Assembly: GCF_044324785.1 (NCBI RefSeq)
Contig: NZ_CP172127.1
DNA: 64,000 nucleotides
Source of the DNA: Escherichia coli
Lineage (GTDB): Bacteria; Pseudomonadota; Gammaproteobacteria; Enterobacterales; Enterobacteriaceae
Reading direction: 5' to 3' (one strand)
Position 1 is the stretch's first letter; each line of letters starts with the position of its first letter. The notes below the pieces were generated by a model. That model had not been told where the DNA came from, searched no databases, and was given only the letters and a program-made list of their open reading frames with translations. Made by a program: the position numbers and the translations under genes. Shown here one piece after another: positions 63,616-64,000 of this stretch.

Positions 63616-64000
63616 CTAGAAACGAACCAGCGCGGAGCCCCAGGTGAATCCACCGCCAAAGGCTTCAAGCAGAACCAACTGCCCCGGCTTAATGCGCCCG
63701 TCGCGTACAGCTTCATCCAGAGCGCACGGGACAGAGGCCGCAGAGGTATTACCGTGGCGATCCAGCGTCACCACGACATTGTCCATCGACATGCCGAGTT
63801 TTTTCGCTGTTGCACTGATAATACGCAGGTTAGCCTGATGCGGAACCAGCCAGTCCAGTTGAGAACGGTCAAGATTATTCGCCGTCAGCGTCTCATCTAC
63901 GATGTGCGCCAGTTCTGTTACCGCAACCTTGAAGACTTCGTTGCCCGCCATCGTCAGATGAATTGAATTCTCTGGATTCACACGGTCAGCATTAGGCAGC
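63616..64000 (-). CDS. fabH: 3-oxoacyl-ACP synthase III FabH, C-terminal ~128 codons (5' end beyond window end)
   Basis: Minus-strand frame ending ...[18 protein letters not shown]; reading frame stays open to the window edge. Confidence 0.93.
   Translation of the reverse strand, partial: LPNADRVNPENSIHLTMAGNEVFKVAVTELAHIVDETLTANNLDRSQLDWLVPHQANLRIISATAKKLGMSMDNVVVTLDRHGNTSAASVPCALDEAVRDGRIKPGQLVLLEAFGGGFTWGSALVRF

Overview
This window reads as a contiguous stretch of Escherichia coli chromosome (about 25-27 min on the K-12 map, inverted relative to K-12 numbering). All gene names below come from my recall of E. coli protein sequences and gene order; no database search was run. Gene order is ycgM(partial)-ycgL-pliG-ycgJ-minCDE, then an AT-rich patch (ycgI remnant, ymgG, ymgD, ycgH autotransporter, ymgF, pdeG, ymgC-ariR-ymgA-ycgZ, bluF, bluR, ycgX, iraM), then a dense core block: icd, rluE, nudJ, mnmA, hflD, purB, phoPQ, roxA, pepT, potABCD, ymfA, ycfZ, cobB, nagK, lolEDC, ycfT, mfd, ldtC, bhsA, comR, ycfJ, ndh, ycfP, nagZ, thiK, lpoB, ycfL, hinT, fhuE, ptsG, ycfH, holB, tmk, mltG, pabC, fabF, acpP, fabG, fabD, fabH(partial). 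Several ORF-track starts are N-terminal over-extensions; I give the internal start that matches the known protein length. I saw no rRNA, tRNA, CRISPR array, IS element or prophage. I do not see evidence for a previously undescribed system: every sizeable ORF maps to a known E. coli gene. The points worth a second look are confined to the AT-rich patch (4.3-17 kb) and a few intergenic regions: icd is followed directly by iraM with no e14 prophage, and a ~45-bp copy of the icd terminator flanks iraM; ycgH is an intact 882-aa autotransporter; a 22-codon upstream ORF overlaps the iraM start; TGTACA palindromes sit upstream of bluR; a near-consensus CRP palindrome lies between bhsA and comR; and an orphan intrinsic terminator lies downstream of minE.
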